Virus record (IMG/VR): IMGVR_UViG_3300002461_000316 | Location: 1 to 38,615 of that record | Reading direction: 5' to 3' (one strand) | Source of the DNA: a virus | Length of the DNA stretch: 38,615 nt | Shown here: positions 9,901 to 17,858 of the stretch, one piece after another | How the letters are laid out: every line of letters begins with the position of its first letter | Numbering within the stretch: position 1 is the stretch's first letter | Position numbers and translations under genes: made by a program | The notes under the pieces: model-generated | Databases searched by the model: none | What the model was told of the DNA's origin: nothing | What the model saw: the letters and a program-made list of their open reading frames with translations, nothing else

Positions 9901-10328
9901 CTGAGTGTCACGCCTGGCGCCATGGTCGATTCCGGCCCGATGGCCGGCAGGCTCGGAGACACAGGGGTGCCGCCCATGCCCTTCATCACGCTCTGGTTGC
10001 TGGCGGTGCTGGTCGCCCCGACGACGTTATCGAACAGACCGCGGCTTGTCGGTGCCGGCAGACCCAGTGCGCGCCTGGCCGCCTCGGTGACGACGGGCGT
10101 GGTGAGCGGCGTGACGGGCAGCTTGGAGATCGCATCGGATGCGACCTGCGGGACGTTGCGCTTCACCGCATCGCGCAGATCGGTCACGACCCGGCGGAAG
10201 CGATCGACGAACGAAGTCTCGCTCGAGGCCTTGGTGGGCTCTGCTTCTGCCGCCTCCAGCGGCTTGAACCCGCGCTTGGGCGTGTCGTCGACAGCGGCGT
10301 CTACTGCTTCGAGAGGTTTGAATGCCAT
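3930..10328 (-). CDS. Giant virion (ejected/internal) polyvalent-type protein, 2132 aa, with a Zn-metallopeptidase HExxH motif and a PLxRFG-like C-terminal region
   Basis: Uninterrupted 6.4-kb ORF in the tail/ejection module. TLAHEIAHAIDF (HExxH codons at 7260..7274). Pro/Gly-rich linker (GAPRGPPRPGVGAAPQAGTQPAGQRPVGGRPTGPR). The C-terminal half has IQIPLPYGFNVFHNAG (4815..4838) and NMTVNFNRKGN, resembling PLxRFG-domain polyvalent proteins. Confidence 0.65.
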   Translation of the reverse strand: MAFKPLEAVDAAVDDTPKRGFKPLEAAEAEPTKASSETSFVDRFRRVVTDLRDAVKRNVPQVASDAISKLPVTPLTTPVVTEAARRALGLPAPTSRGLFDNVVGATSTASNQSVMKGMGGTPVSPSLPAIGPESTMAPGVTLSPEEYARRSALIEARVPRGQIGDPRQPKTMPGVIASAARQAVGGVDNPAFAPIVRGVVGAADQLYSQSEGVARGISDVVGADTASDYFAQSRIEREAAAGNVQQLAGVGKFVEDAIATIGANAPFYWMAMGPLKNAVTPTQVATLMQSFAVTKAPTLAMAMGAGGARYNDPSLANLSQGERAQIAAVDAFWEFLGEQIGFGETIKALKTAGMSGEALTQRVKAMAAESLGESVTQLGQIENNLVSGLAPNMTPKQMLEQVAHAAAMGAIVSGSMQAGAAARSGLMNRFGRDPGTLDPSTMSDADNITALARQLLSDSETFDPGITSAGMRPVPQVRPGSVPRPPYLPGAEGSPPVLPGDLLSPEERILASVRETLDSIQPSEQDAPLPTIDSQFLPDQGIPMVVRGRDRGKYAKERTESAAPVALLPAPSDVASSPEQQIRPSEVIQGRDERDRTPSQVPPGELGDTDGGAILAAVRRIIGQQEPARDVTPPQPQEPQGTEYTVRPTERAASEPVGDRTSLGPSEDMARVLRAAQTPAFARTAEDISILRRYPDLAEAAGTPGFQRTAEQTALVQRARRDAQAGEQAAQEDRSVDDKTPKRYVIAERRTAKRGLAGVSAGTFTYEPDLRLGVYSTRTEAKAAFMRKMDPSLANAPDEFAAQHFDRASRNEGHFKVLPHTEAAISLARSQGITQAQIDAAVERARSDISSRRRAGRGGRESVVLPDEGGARAREDSGSSQAAVESGGRQAVAEPAAAEAAEDSPPRLDRSFDDRTPAKASVRTAGGAELAFKSQRNREDVKRLMPSEKLAVERAIADLGPTLAPPDVIAGLTFASRDASANGSYFPDQNVVTLSLDRLAMLRSADPTIRDEALHTLAHEIAHAIDFAASGERDAVSMSSPRLSTGFTDTDAGDLFDEAWYAWTNAEVDSDLGRILSYPLRSLAAGATGEKVAQLELFAQVSALYNVNPELVRTAMPKWAATLEQIYGDPTTGEGAPQSADEVHQRLREALSEQGASARAQERQPVSQGADRAANQTGPGAPRGPPRPGVGAAPQAGTQPAGQRPVGGRPTGPRAAAAPTYGLNEPALVDRLLREWQDRFIDVKRVREWQDRFIDVKRVRDEMKRAAGLITEGNDAYLAEELYHGRVSARVNKAARTHIEPLLEAMRDAKVSAEDLGKYLWARHAPERNKQMAKINPGAPGNLSGLYDDAAAAARDGNPGAANAADIIAGFRRAGRMTDLNRLAGMVDGITAATRQILVSEGLESQATINAWGGAYQNYVPLFRDIDTPSAGQGFKVSGKESKRALGSQKEAIAILAAVISQHERAIIRAERATVGRALIKMVEDNPNPDFWRLDTPPTKRTVNPTTGLVQTGIDPMWRQRDDVFIVKDKGANGEIVERVITFNPSNERAMAIASAMNNLGVVQLGAVTKVVGRITRVMANLVTTYNPQFWVTNFARDVQTAAVNLQDTELKGRAPQVIANIPRAMRGVLNAEKGDGTSTWAQTYREFQDSGGQTGWMQMWDTLLDRQAEIGKLLERAKRSRLDPREMGHKALEYVELANNSIENAIRLSAFAEARKMGLSPKRAASIAKNMTVNFNRKGNRSVAANAWYMFFNASVQGTARLVQAVATSRRARMYAGMMVAFAAALELVNRMLGDDDRDEDGNLRYELIPEHVRQRNMIFMMRDGKHIQIPLPYGFNVFHNAGRLMTEAILTASGSGLVQERKKPIDFAWSFTQTALDSFVPLGQTATPMQYAAPTIADPFVQFTENKTFFGSPMRPEPFPQSGPKPDHQLYFRSTSDTAKDLTRWLSAATGGTEREGGAIDISPTTIEHIVKTATGGVGQFGMVMLDFSRHTVNRALGEAEPEDYPARRVPFVGKFYGQVDDRDLASKYYRLRDDATRALKLLKGYEQDGDIERAERIRDEKAPLLAMAREISSQQYRREMSNLSKKIRAVDELPREERAQERRLLQRDEATLMARALRKYNDELEEQQR
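6547..6631. repeat. Perfect 39-bp tandem duplication (about 2.2 copies) inside the giant gene
   Basis: cacccgcttgacgtcgatgaaccggtcctgccactcgcg at 6552..6590 is repeated exactly at 6591..6629. This encodes REWQDRFIDVKRV twice, in frame. Confidence 0.95.
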
Positions 10329-10329
10329 G

Positions 10330-11286
10330 TCAGTCGTAGTAGCCGATCAGTTTGCCGTCCTTGGAGCGGACCTCGAATCCCTTCCCTGGCACCCACACGC
10401 CGACCCGGTTGCCCTTCATCTGCGGGTCTTTGCGGAATCGATCGCGTGCCTCGGTCTGCTGGCGCACCGCGCGATCCTCGTTGGCCTCGGCCTCCTTGGC
10501 ATCGGCATTCACCTCGCGCTGACGCGTGGACGCTCTCGCCGCCTCGGCCCTCGCGCCCGGCAAGTCGACGTCGATCTCGCGGTTGGTGAGGCGCCTGCGC
10601 GCGTCCCTCTCGCCTGCGGATGCGTTGCTGGCGTTGCCGGCAGAACGACGTTGGAATCCCTCGGCCTTGACCGCATCGAGGGCCGCCCTGTAGAGCGCCT
10701 CGTTGATGATGGCGCCCTCGCCCGACTCCTGGTTGATCGCGAGGCCCTGCGCATTCGGGCTACTGAACGGCTCGCGCACCTTGCGTCCAGCCGCCGCGAG
10801 CACGGGGGCCTGGTCGCTGGCCTTGGTAAGGTCGGCCGCCCGGCTCACCAGCATGGTGTCGAGGTTCTGGCTGCCTGCCCCTGCCATCTGCTGGGCGTTC
10901 GTCTTGCCCGTGGCCAGGCGATTGCCATGGACCGCTCCGAGCGCTACGCGCAAGAGCCGGTCTTGATCGGGCGTGAGCTCTGGGCGCTCCACCCCATCGA
11001 CCCCCAGCATGTAGTCGCGTGCCTGCCGTGCGATCGGCAGCGTGAGCCCCGAGTTCATCGCGGCGTAGGTGAGCGCGTTCTCGGGATCCTCGCGGAATGC
11101 TCGCTCGGCGTGCAGCGCCGCCACCTCCTCGCGTGCCTTGTCCGCCAGTGCGAGCCGCTGCCCGACCTGCGCGGAATGCGACTCGACGGCCGCGTGGTCC
11201 GCAGCGGTCAACCCCGACGAGCTCGTCAGCAGTGTGCGCAGCGAGTCGGTGATCGAAGCCGGCCGGCGGATCTTGAACTCTGGCAT
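10330..11286 (-). CDS. Internal virion / ejection-type protein, 318 aa
   Basis: ATG at 11286 with GGGAGG SD. Ala/Arg/Glu-rich, lying between the nozzle-side genes and the giant gene. Function is from position only. Confidence 0.4.
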   Translation of the reverse strand: MPEFKIRRPASITDSLRTLLTSSSGLTAADHAAVESHSAQVGQRLALADKAREEVAALHAERAFREDPENALTYAAMNSGLTLPIARQARDYMLGVDGVERPELTPDQDRLLRVALGAVHGNRLATGKTNAQQMAGAGSQNLDTMLVSRAADLTKASDQAPVLAAAGRKVREPFSSPNAQGLAINQESGEGAIINEALYRAALDAVKAEGFQRRSAGNASNASAGERDARRRLTNREIDVDLPGARAEAARASTRQREVNADAKEAEANEDRAVRQQTEARDRFRKDPQMKGNRVGVWVPGKGFEVRSKDGKLIGYYD

Positions 11287-11296
11287 GTCGCCTCCC

Positions 11297-11977
11297 TTAC
11301 AGTCTCAGTCCGGCCGGGCGGGTCGGCATCTTCAGGCCCAGGCCGCCGGTCCCGGTTGCCCCAGGCGCGGGAGTGCCGGCGGGTGGCCGCGGCACGCCGC
11401 CTCGAGCGCCCTGCGCGAATCCCATCGTCGCCAGCGCGCCGGTCAGATCGCCCAGCAATGCCTTGGCACTGTTGGGGCGCACTGTCTGGATCGCCGCCAT
11501 GTACTGATCGCCCACGTTGCGAGAGGCCGTGCCCGCCGCACCCAGCTCGGTGGCCGCGCGCCGCAGCCGCAGGTCGTCATCGGTCGCCATGCGCTCGGTC
11601 GATGCACCAATCGCCAGCTGCTCGATGGCGCGCTTGATCGCCTCGGCATTGGCTGCCCGGCCCGTCTCTCTGGCTTGCGAGAACCCGTCCGACGGGCGCC
11701 CGCCTGTATCGAGCGGCGGCGCCTTGACGGCCTCAGCGACGGTCTGCTCGATCGACTGGCGAACGTCGCCCTGGTTGCGCTGCATCTGCGCCGCTCGCGC
11801 CTCGGGCGTGATCGTGTCCATGTAGCCGCGCGTGGCGGCCTCCTGCTCGGCGGCGCGCCCCAGCTTGTACTGACGCATCTGCTCGGCGATCTGCTGCTGC
11901 TTTTTCTCGACGCCCCGCTGCGCCGAACGCTTCAGGCCTGCGCTGGCAATGGCCGCCGCGATAGTAAATAGGTCCAT
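11297..11977 (-). CDS. Internal virion-type protein, 226 aa
   Basis: ATG at 11977 with AAGGGGTGA SD. N-terminal hydrophobic segment (MDLFTIAAAIASAGL) and a Gly/Pro-rich C-terminus. Confidence 0.4.
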   Translation of the reverse strand: MDLFTIAAAIASAGLKRSAQRGVEKKQQQIAEQMRQYKLGRAAEQEAATRGYMDTITPEARAAQMQRNQGDVRQSIEQTVAEAVKAPPLDTGGRPSDGFSQARETGRAANAEAIKRAIEQLAIGASTERMATDDDLRLRRAATELGAAGTASRNVGDQYMAAIQTVRPNSAKALLGDLTGALATMGFAQGARGGVPRPPAGTPAPGATGTGGLGLKMPTRPAGLRL

Positions 11978-11987
11978 CGATCACCCC

Positions 11988-13433
11988 TTAGTAGTTGATG
12001 ACCGTGCCGCTGCCGCCACGCACCGGATTGTAGAAGGCGCTCGTCCGACCCTTCAGCGCCGCGAGCATGTTGTTGTCCTTGTTCTTCGCGTCGAAGACCT
12101 GCTTGTTCACCGCCGCATCCGAGAGCAGGTCACCGAAGAGCTGCTGCTTCGCCCCGGAGTTCGCCATCGACAACGAGTTGCGCAGGGCCGCACTGGTCGC
12201 GTTGACAGACTCCGCGCCCCCGCCGCTGGCAATCATGCTCAAGGCATTGCCGCGACTGCCCTCGCGCTGCGATCGCAGGCCGGCGAGCGCCGAGCGAACT
12301 GCATCGTCGATGCGTGTCGCCCCCGTCTGCTTGTCGAAGTCGAGCCGGTTCAGCTTGTCGGCGTACGGCGTGCCGAGGTTGCCCGTGTCGGCCGCCCTGA
12401 ACTTCACCGCACGCGTCGCATCTTCGTACTTGCGACCGAGCTCGTCGGTGTAGTACCCGCGCAGCGCCCCGCCTAGCTGCTCGTCCTCGGCGGCGAACTG
12501 CGCCTTCGCAGCGTCGGAGTCGAAGAGCGCGTTGACCTGTGCCCGAAGGGCGGCCTTGCTCGCCTCCTCGGAGGATGCGAACTGCACCCCACTCAAGTCG
12601 CCGCCGCTCGCGCCGCCGCCTGCGCCCGTCAGCGCGCCGAGCGCTGCCGATGCGATCAACCCGTCTGCGACCTTCGATCCGGTCGTCAGGTCGCCCAGGC
12701 TCGACTTCAGCGTCGAGGCGATATTCGCCACGCCACCCAGACCGCCGGTCGCTGCCGGCGCATTGACCCCCCAGATCTTCCCCATGGCGCCGGTATCGAA
12801 ACTGTTCAGCGCGTTGACGCCGGCACTCGCTGCGCCGGCCGCCCCTGCGCCACCAGCCGCGCCTGCTGCTTCGCCCATGAACGTCGGGAACGCGCTTGAT
12901 CCCATCGTCGCAGCGCCCGCGCCACTGAGCGACGAGATGCCGCCCGTGATTGCAGGCATCATTACCCCAATGGCGGGCGAGGTCAGGAACTCCTTGAGCG
13001 TTTGCCGCCACCCGCGCTTGCGGGTCGCCTTGGCATCGAAGTCGCCCTGCATAAGGTCGGGCCGGTAGACCAGCTCACCGTTCTCGCGGCGGACCGCTGC
13101 CCGCGGGTCGTTCAGGTACGAGTCCGCCGTCATACCCTCGACGCCCTGCGTGAACCTGGGGTCGGCAAGGCGGCCGAAGAACGGCGCGAACTCCTCCGCG
13201 GAGATCTTGGCGCCCGGCTGCCAGCGAAAGGCATCGGAACCGAGCAGCGCCTCCTGCAGCCCGCCGCGCGCCATCGCCTCGATGTCACCGGAGTCGTAGG
13301 GCGAGTAATAGGTGCCCCCGCCCTCCAAGTCCTCACGAGGACCGGAGACAGCGACGCGCTCGCCCTCGCCCTCGCCCCACCAGTTGCCGCGCGCATCCTG
13401 CGTCGCCTTCCCGAAGCGCCTACGCCCAGCCAT
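11988..13433 (-). CDS. Internal virion-type protein, 481 aa, Gly/Ala-rich centre
   Basis: ATG at 13433. Long GAGAATMGSSAF...AAGAAGGAGAAGAASAG tract. Lies immediately downstream of the nozzle-like gene. Confidence 0.4.
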   Translation of the reverse strand: MAGRRRFGKATQDARGNWWGEGEGERVAVSGPREDLEGGGTYYSPYDSGDIEAMARGGLQEALLGSDAFRWQPGAKISAEEFAPFFGRLADPRFTQGVEGMTADSYLNDPRAAVRRENGELVYRPDLMQGDFDAKATRKRGWRQTLKEFLTSPAIGVMMPAITGGISSLSGAGAATMGSSAFPTFMGEAAGAAGGAGAAGAASAGVNALNSFDTGAMGKIWGVNAPAATGGLGGVANIASTLKSSLGDLTTGSKVADGLIASAALGALTGAGGGASGGDLSGVQFASSEEASKAALRAQVNALFDSDAAKAQFAAEDEQLGGALRGYYTDELGRKYEDATRAVKFRAADTGNLGTPYADKLNRLDFDKQTGATRIDDAVRSALAGLRSQREGSRGNALSMIASGGGAESVNATSAALRNSLSMANSGAKQQLFGDLLSDAAVNKQVFDAKNKDNNMLAALKGRTSAFYNPVRGGSGTVINY

Positions 13434-13448
13434 AGCACTCTCCCATCG

Positions 13449-15029
13449 TCATAGCGGCCCCAGCACCTCGTAGTAGGTCTGAAGCGAGGACAGCTCGAAA
13501 TCCTCGTCGGCCTCGTGCGTGATCACTGGCGCGACCGACACCGCCGCGATCTCCATCGGATGCATGCCGTCCGAGCGGCTGTCCCCAGACACCGGCACGC
13601 CGTCGGTCTGCCTCGCCGGGTCGCGCGTGTCGTACTTGAAGCCGACCTCGTAGCCCCCTACGCCGGCGACATCGAAGCCAACGAACTGCTTCAGCAGGCC
13701 GGGCGTCTTGTTGTCCAGAAAGAACATCTCTGCGCTGCAGCGCGGGGCCACCCCATCGTCATTGGTGGCAGACAGGGAAACCTCGTAGACGTTGTCTCCG
13801 TGCCTGCAGTAGAGCGTGGTGTCCAGCACTGTGAGCACCGTCACATCGAAGGGGAAGTCGAAGATTGCCCAGGCCGAGAGCTTGGCCGTGCGACTGTACG
13901 AAAGCACATAGGCGCGGCTGCCGTTGACGCACCAGACCTGGCCGAGCCGCGGGAAGTAAACCGACACAGGGCTGTCGCTGTCCGCGATCTCAGAGCGGAA
14001 AGCGTCGATCGGCGTGCCGCTATCAGACTCTTGCAGGTTGTTCGTCAGCACGGCGATCGAGATCGTCCTGAAGCCCTCCTGCGCGAGGAACAGCAAGTCG
14101 CCGGCGAACGAGATCGGCGTTCCGCCGTGCAGGGTTCCAATCTGGTCGGCAGTGCCCTTGAGCGCGTTGGCATCCGGGTTACTTGCGACAGACCAGATCT
14201 GCGTCGAGTCGCTATAGAAAATCGCCAGATCAGCGCCGAACTGCCCGAGGCCTGTGACCGTGTCCGAGCCTGATGCGTGGCTGTCCGACGAGATCGTCCC
14301 GGCGTCGCTTGCGGTCGTCCAGTCGCGCGCAGCGGTGACCGCGCAGAAGCGCACGTTGCGCCCAGAGTTGCTGTAGAGCTTCTGCCCGATCTTGCGCACG
14401 TGCTTGCCGTGCGGGCAGTTGGGATCGGTCACCCGGAACGATCGGCATGTCCACGTGATTTGATTGGGGCCGGCATTGTCCACCACGGTCGCGCCAAGAG
14501 TCGTCGGCCACACAGGCTGCGCGCCGCCCGTCGTGCCCGTGCCAGAGATCGACGTCGCCTGGTAGCGGAATCCGTTCTCAACGGTCGGTCGCCGGTACTC
14601 GTTGAGCGGCACGGCGTTCGCAGCCGACCACGCTCCCGGGTCATCAAAGTAGTGGTGCTCGACAGCCCCGCTTGCATACTCGATGGCGGCATAGAGGAAT
14701 CCGTTGAACAACTCGGCGTAGTGGACCTTCGCCACTGCGGAGACGGTCCCTTGGTTGCGGGCACGCCTGGCCCGGAACAACGGGTTGGCGTGCGAGATCG
14801 CAGCCCCGTCGGCCGAGAAGAACGTGTTGAGCTGACCGCCCGCCGCGCGCATCCCTTTGGTGCCAGCCTCGAGGCCCGCCACAATCGCCAGACACGGGCG
14901 CTTCTTGATCGACCGACCCGTGGTGACGTAGCAGTTGACGAGCGCCCAGAGCGCGTTGGCGATCGGCGAGTGCTGCTTGCGCCTGCGATCCAGTCCGCCC
15001 CCGAAGTTGTCCCAGACGATCGTCGGCAT
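13449..15029 (-). CDS. Tail nozzle / tail tubular B-like structural protein, 526 aa
   Basis: Large beta-rich protein directly after the adaptor-like gene (TGATG junction at 15029). The assignment rests on gene order in podovirus tail modules. Confidence 0.45.
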   Translation of the reverse strand: MPTIVWDNFGGGLDRRRKQHSPIANALWALVNCYVTTGRSIKKRPCLAIVAGLEAGTKGMRAAGGQLNTFFSADGAAISHANPLFRARRARNQGTVSAVAKVHYAELFNGFLYAAIEYASGAVEHHYFDDPGAWSAANAVPLNEYRRPTVENGFRYQATSISGTGTTGGAQPVWPTTLGATVVDNAGPNQITWTCRSFRVTDPNCPHGKHVRKIGQKLYSNSGRNVRFCAVTAARDWTTASDAGTISSDSHASGSDTVTGLGQFGADLAIFYSDSTQIWSVASNPDANALKGTADQIGTLHGGTPISFAGDLLFLAQEGFRTISIAVLTNNLQESDSGTPIDAFRSEIADSDSPVSVYFPRLGQVWCVNGSRAYVLSYSRTAKLSAWAIFDFPFDVTVLTVLDTTLYCRHGDNVYEVSLSATNDDGVAPRCSAEMFFLDNKTPGLLKQFVGFDVAGVGGYEVGFKYDTRDPARQTDGVPVSGDSRSDGMHPMEIAAVSVAPVITHEADEDFELSSLQTYYEVLGPL

Positions 15030-15688
15030 CAGATCACCACCGGCTTGGAGAGAGCGCTCTCCTCAAGGTAGTCGTAGGGCGAGAACTTGGTCTTCACCCG
15101 GGCCTGCGCCTTGAGCCGAGTCAGCAGGCTCTCGGCGCTCGACAGGTGCAGGTTCGCATCCGGCTGCCGGTAGTGCGCCTTGGCCGTCGCCAGGGCCAGG
15201 ATGAAGACGAGATCGCTGTCGACCGTGAAGCGATCGTCGTCCTGCTCAAGCCGGCCGAGCGCCTTGATGTAGAAGACGCGGATGTTGCGGATGGCATTGT
15301 TTTTCGGCCAGAGCTCGATCTGCTCGTAGGGCGCCCAGCGCTGGGGCCAGGACGCATTGTCTTGGGTGCTGTACATCCGCGCCGAGATGCCCTTGGGCAG
15401 CGGGTCGCTCCAGTCGTCGTTGCCGGTCGTGTCGACCGAGATCGCCTTGATGCGCTCTGGGTTGGCGTCGTCGGGGTAGTCGACCAGGTACTGGTTGACG
15501 CCGATCTCCACGGTGCTGTACTTACGCAGCTTCGCCCAGTCGCTGGCCTCGTAGAGCTGCTTCTGGGCGGTGCGCAGGATCGAGTCGACGTTGGCGCGCA
15601 CGACCCCAGCGGACGCGCCGGTCGCAGCGAAGCCGAGCCGAGCCAGCAGCTCTGCGCGCTTCTCTCCGAGGGTTGCCCACTGGGTCAT
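15029..15688 (-). CDS. Head-tail adaptor / tail tubular A-like protein, 219 aa
   Basis: Size and position (first gene of the tail block, upstream of the nozzle-like gene). No motif-level proof. Confidence 0.4.
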   Translation of the reverse strand: MTQWATLGEKRAELLARLGFAATGASAGVVRANVDSILRTAQKQLYEASDWAKLRKYSTVEIGVNQYLVDYPDDANPERIKAISVDTTGNDDWSDPLPKGISARMYSTQDNASWPQRWAPYEQIELWPKNNAIRNIRVFYIKALGRLEQDDDRFTVDSDLVFILALATAKAHYRQPDANLHLSSAESLLTRLKAQARVKTKFSPYDYLEESALSKPVVI

Positions 15689-15691
15689 GGC

Positions 15692-16306
15692 TTACGCCTC
15701 TGCCATCTGATCGACCACCAGGTCGACCAGTGCGTCCTTGGTTGCGCGCTCGGGCACCTTGACGCCCATGTCCCGCAGGCGCTTGCGAAGCTGCACGACC
15801 GTCATGTCGGCCGGCGCCATGTCCTCGAGGTCGTCCTCGAGCTCCTCGTCGGGGCTGTCATCGGCCATCCCGTGGATGAGGGCGTCGATGTTGGCCGGCG
15901 GCAGGCTGCCCTTGCGGTACTGGCGCACGGCCTGCGCGAACTGCTGCGGCGAGCCGTAGACCTTCTTCACGACCGGCATCGGGAGCTCTTTGTCCATGCC
16001 GTACAGGTTCACCAGGCGATCGTACTCGCCGCCCAGGTCATGGAACGGGTCATCTTCCGAGGCGACCATCAACTGCTTGATGAGCGCGTCCTTGAGCGGC
16101 ATGAGCGGATCCGCCTCGGGGTTGTAGGGGAACTTCAGCGGCTTGACCGCGGAGGCCCCCTTGATCTCGGCCATCGCCTCGGGCGTGGTCAACTGAGTCG
16201 ACTCCCCGTGGATCTCCTCGAGGAGCGGTACCTCCCACGGAAACACGCACACAGAAGTGCTGTCCATGATGCCGCGGTTCACGTTCACGAATACTCGGTA
16301 GGTCAT
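15692..16306 (-). CDS. Hypothetical virion-module protein with C-terminal SAP/Rho-N-like helix-extended-helix motif, 204 aa
   Basis: C-terminus: MTVVQLRKRLRDMGVKVPERATKDALVDLVVDQ, preceded by an acidic stretch (DDSPDEELEDDLED). Confidence 0.45.
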   Translation of the reverse strand: MTYRVFVNVNRGIMDSTSVCVFPWEVPLLEEIHGESTQLTTPEAMAEIKGASAVKPLKFPYNPEADPLMPLKDALIKQLMVASEDDPFHDLGGEYDRLVNLYGMDKELPMPVVKKVYGSPQQFAQAVRQYRKGSLPPANIDALIHGMADDSPDEELEDDLEDMAPADMTVVQLRKRLRDMGVKVPERATKDALVDLVVDQMAEA

Positions 16307-16340
16307 CGTCGTTTTCCCTGTATGCCCGCCTCAAGAAGGG

Positions 16341-16361
16341 GCCGCCGACGGGCTTGGCGGC
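16341..16361 (-). terminator. Terminator-like hairpin after the low-GC 497-aa gene
   Basis: gccgcc (16341-16346) pairs with ggcggc (16356-16361) around a 9-nt loop. It sits in the 57-nt gap between the stop at 16364 and the next ATG at 16306. In the transcript it is followed by cccuucuu. Confidence 0.4.
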
Positions 16362-16363
16362 GG

Positions 16364-17857
16364 TTACGCAGGCGATCCCACCAACGCAGCGCCGTGGACA
16401 TACTCAACCACCATATGCATCCCGGCCTGATACAGGTCAGCCAGTGACTCCAACCATCTCGTGCCAGGCGCGTTGCCGCCATCGTGGCCGTCCCAACAGT
16501 TGGACCCGTGAATGTAGACGGCGCACCTTCGGACACCGGCCTCACAGAACACCCGCGCCCAATGGTTTGCCGCTACCGCCGACCCCGTGCTGCCGTCGTC
16601 AAAGTCCAGGCTGACCTGAGCACTGCTCATACTAGTGTGTGAGCCGATAAATCGTATGCCTCGCACATTGGCTCTCTGGCCGATCGTGCTGATTCGCGGC
16701 ACACCGTAACCCTCAGAATTGTTGCCGCCGAACTGATCTAGCCTCGCCACCATCCAGCCATACCCCGGCTTTGGAACCGTGTTATTTGGGTCGCACCAAA
16801 TCGCCGTCTCAGGGGAAGCTAATTCAAACGTCTCCTGATCGTAAGCGTTATTGTTGGCGTAGAAGTAACCCCACTGATCGAGCATTTCCGGCGTCCACCC
16901 TACCCGATAACCGTTCGCAACAGCTGTGGCAATGTCGGCCTTGAAGGTTGAGTCTTTGGTGGCTTTGGTCCCATCTTTCCAAAACCACAGACCAGAGTGG
17001 ACAATTGGATACAACAGCCCGCCTCTGTCGACGGTTCTGTCGCGGATGAACGACCGAATGTCTGCCCCGATCCGGTTGCCCAGATAGTTGGGTTGCAACC
17101 CCCACGTGCTCGGCATACGCATCCTCTGCTGCGCAGCGTATACCCGCTCGCAGTCCGCGATTCTCGCGCTCGTCAACGAAACCGAAGCATCTGGCATGTC
17201 ATCCAGATCTATCACCACCTGTATTTTTCGAGGCGGCGGCGCGATGTGCCCTGCTTCGATAGCCTCCACCAACAGCAGGGGCAGCCCGTGGTACAAGCCT
17301 TGGTACTGCTGACTCCCCTGCACGTACACCCAACCATTTTCCCCACGGTAGCGCCAAGCCACAGGATTAGCCCCTGTGGCGTCAGTCTGAAGCACCCGGT
17401 ATTGCGTCATGTGTGCCTGCACAGTGACAGCAAACGAGGCTGTAACCGTGTACCAATCGCAATCGCGCCAGCGGGTTTTGCGAGCTACGGCCGAATCCAC
17501 TATTGCCCCCGCACCGACGTTGGCCAGCATGAGGGCATTCGCATTCTGGTCTACGCCCAACGCGAACACAGGGATAGGAGTTTGCCCTTTGACAAACCTG
17601 GATACCGGCTTGCCCGCCCCGCTCGTCCACGTGGTCCAGCCCGATCCGCGCAGATGCGGGAATACGACAAATTCATACGCCCCTGCTGGCAAGGAGTCCG
17701 CGAATGTCGATGTGTCCTCAAGCGGGCGTTCTTCCACCACGTAACCAAGACTGGAAAGAAACGTCTTCATATACTGCGTGGCGAATCGATTGTCTCCGGT
17801 CCACGCTGCCCCCTGATAGTACGACGTGGGTTGGCACAACAACACTTTGCGCGTCAT
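16364..17857 (-). CDS. Orphan 497-aa protein in a low-GC island (possible enzyme; function unknown)
   Basis: ATG at 17857 preceded by GGGGTGG (GTG at 17866 is an alternative). Local GC is about 50-55% against about 65-68% in the flanks (60-nt lines counted by hand). I recognise no motif. Confidence 0.6.
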   Translation of the reverse strand: MTRKVLLCQPTSYYQGAAWTGDNRFATQYMKTFLSSLGYVVEERPLEDTSTFADSLPAGAYEFVVFPHLRGSGWTTWTSGAGKPVSRFVKGQTPIPVFALGVDQNANALMLANVGAGAIVDSAVARKTRWRDCDWYTVTASFAVTVQAHMTQYRVLQTDATGANPVAWRYRGENGWVYVQGSQQYQGLYHGLPLLLVEAIEAGHIAPPPRKIQVVIDLDDMPDASVSLTSARIADCERVYAAQQRMRMPSTWGLQPNYLGNRIGADIRSFIRDRTVDRGGLLYPIVHSGLWFWKDGTKATKDSTFKADIATAVANGYRVGWTPEMLDQWGYFYANNNAYDQETFELASPETAIWCDPNNTVPKPGYGWMVARLDQFGGNNSEGYGVPRISTIGQRANVRGIRFIGSHTSMSSAQVSLDFDDGSTGSAVAANHWARVFCEAGVRRCAVYIHGSNCWDGHDGGNAPGTRWLESLADLYQAGMHMVVEYVHGAALVGSPA

Positions 17858-17858
17858 G

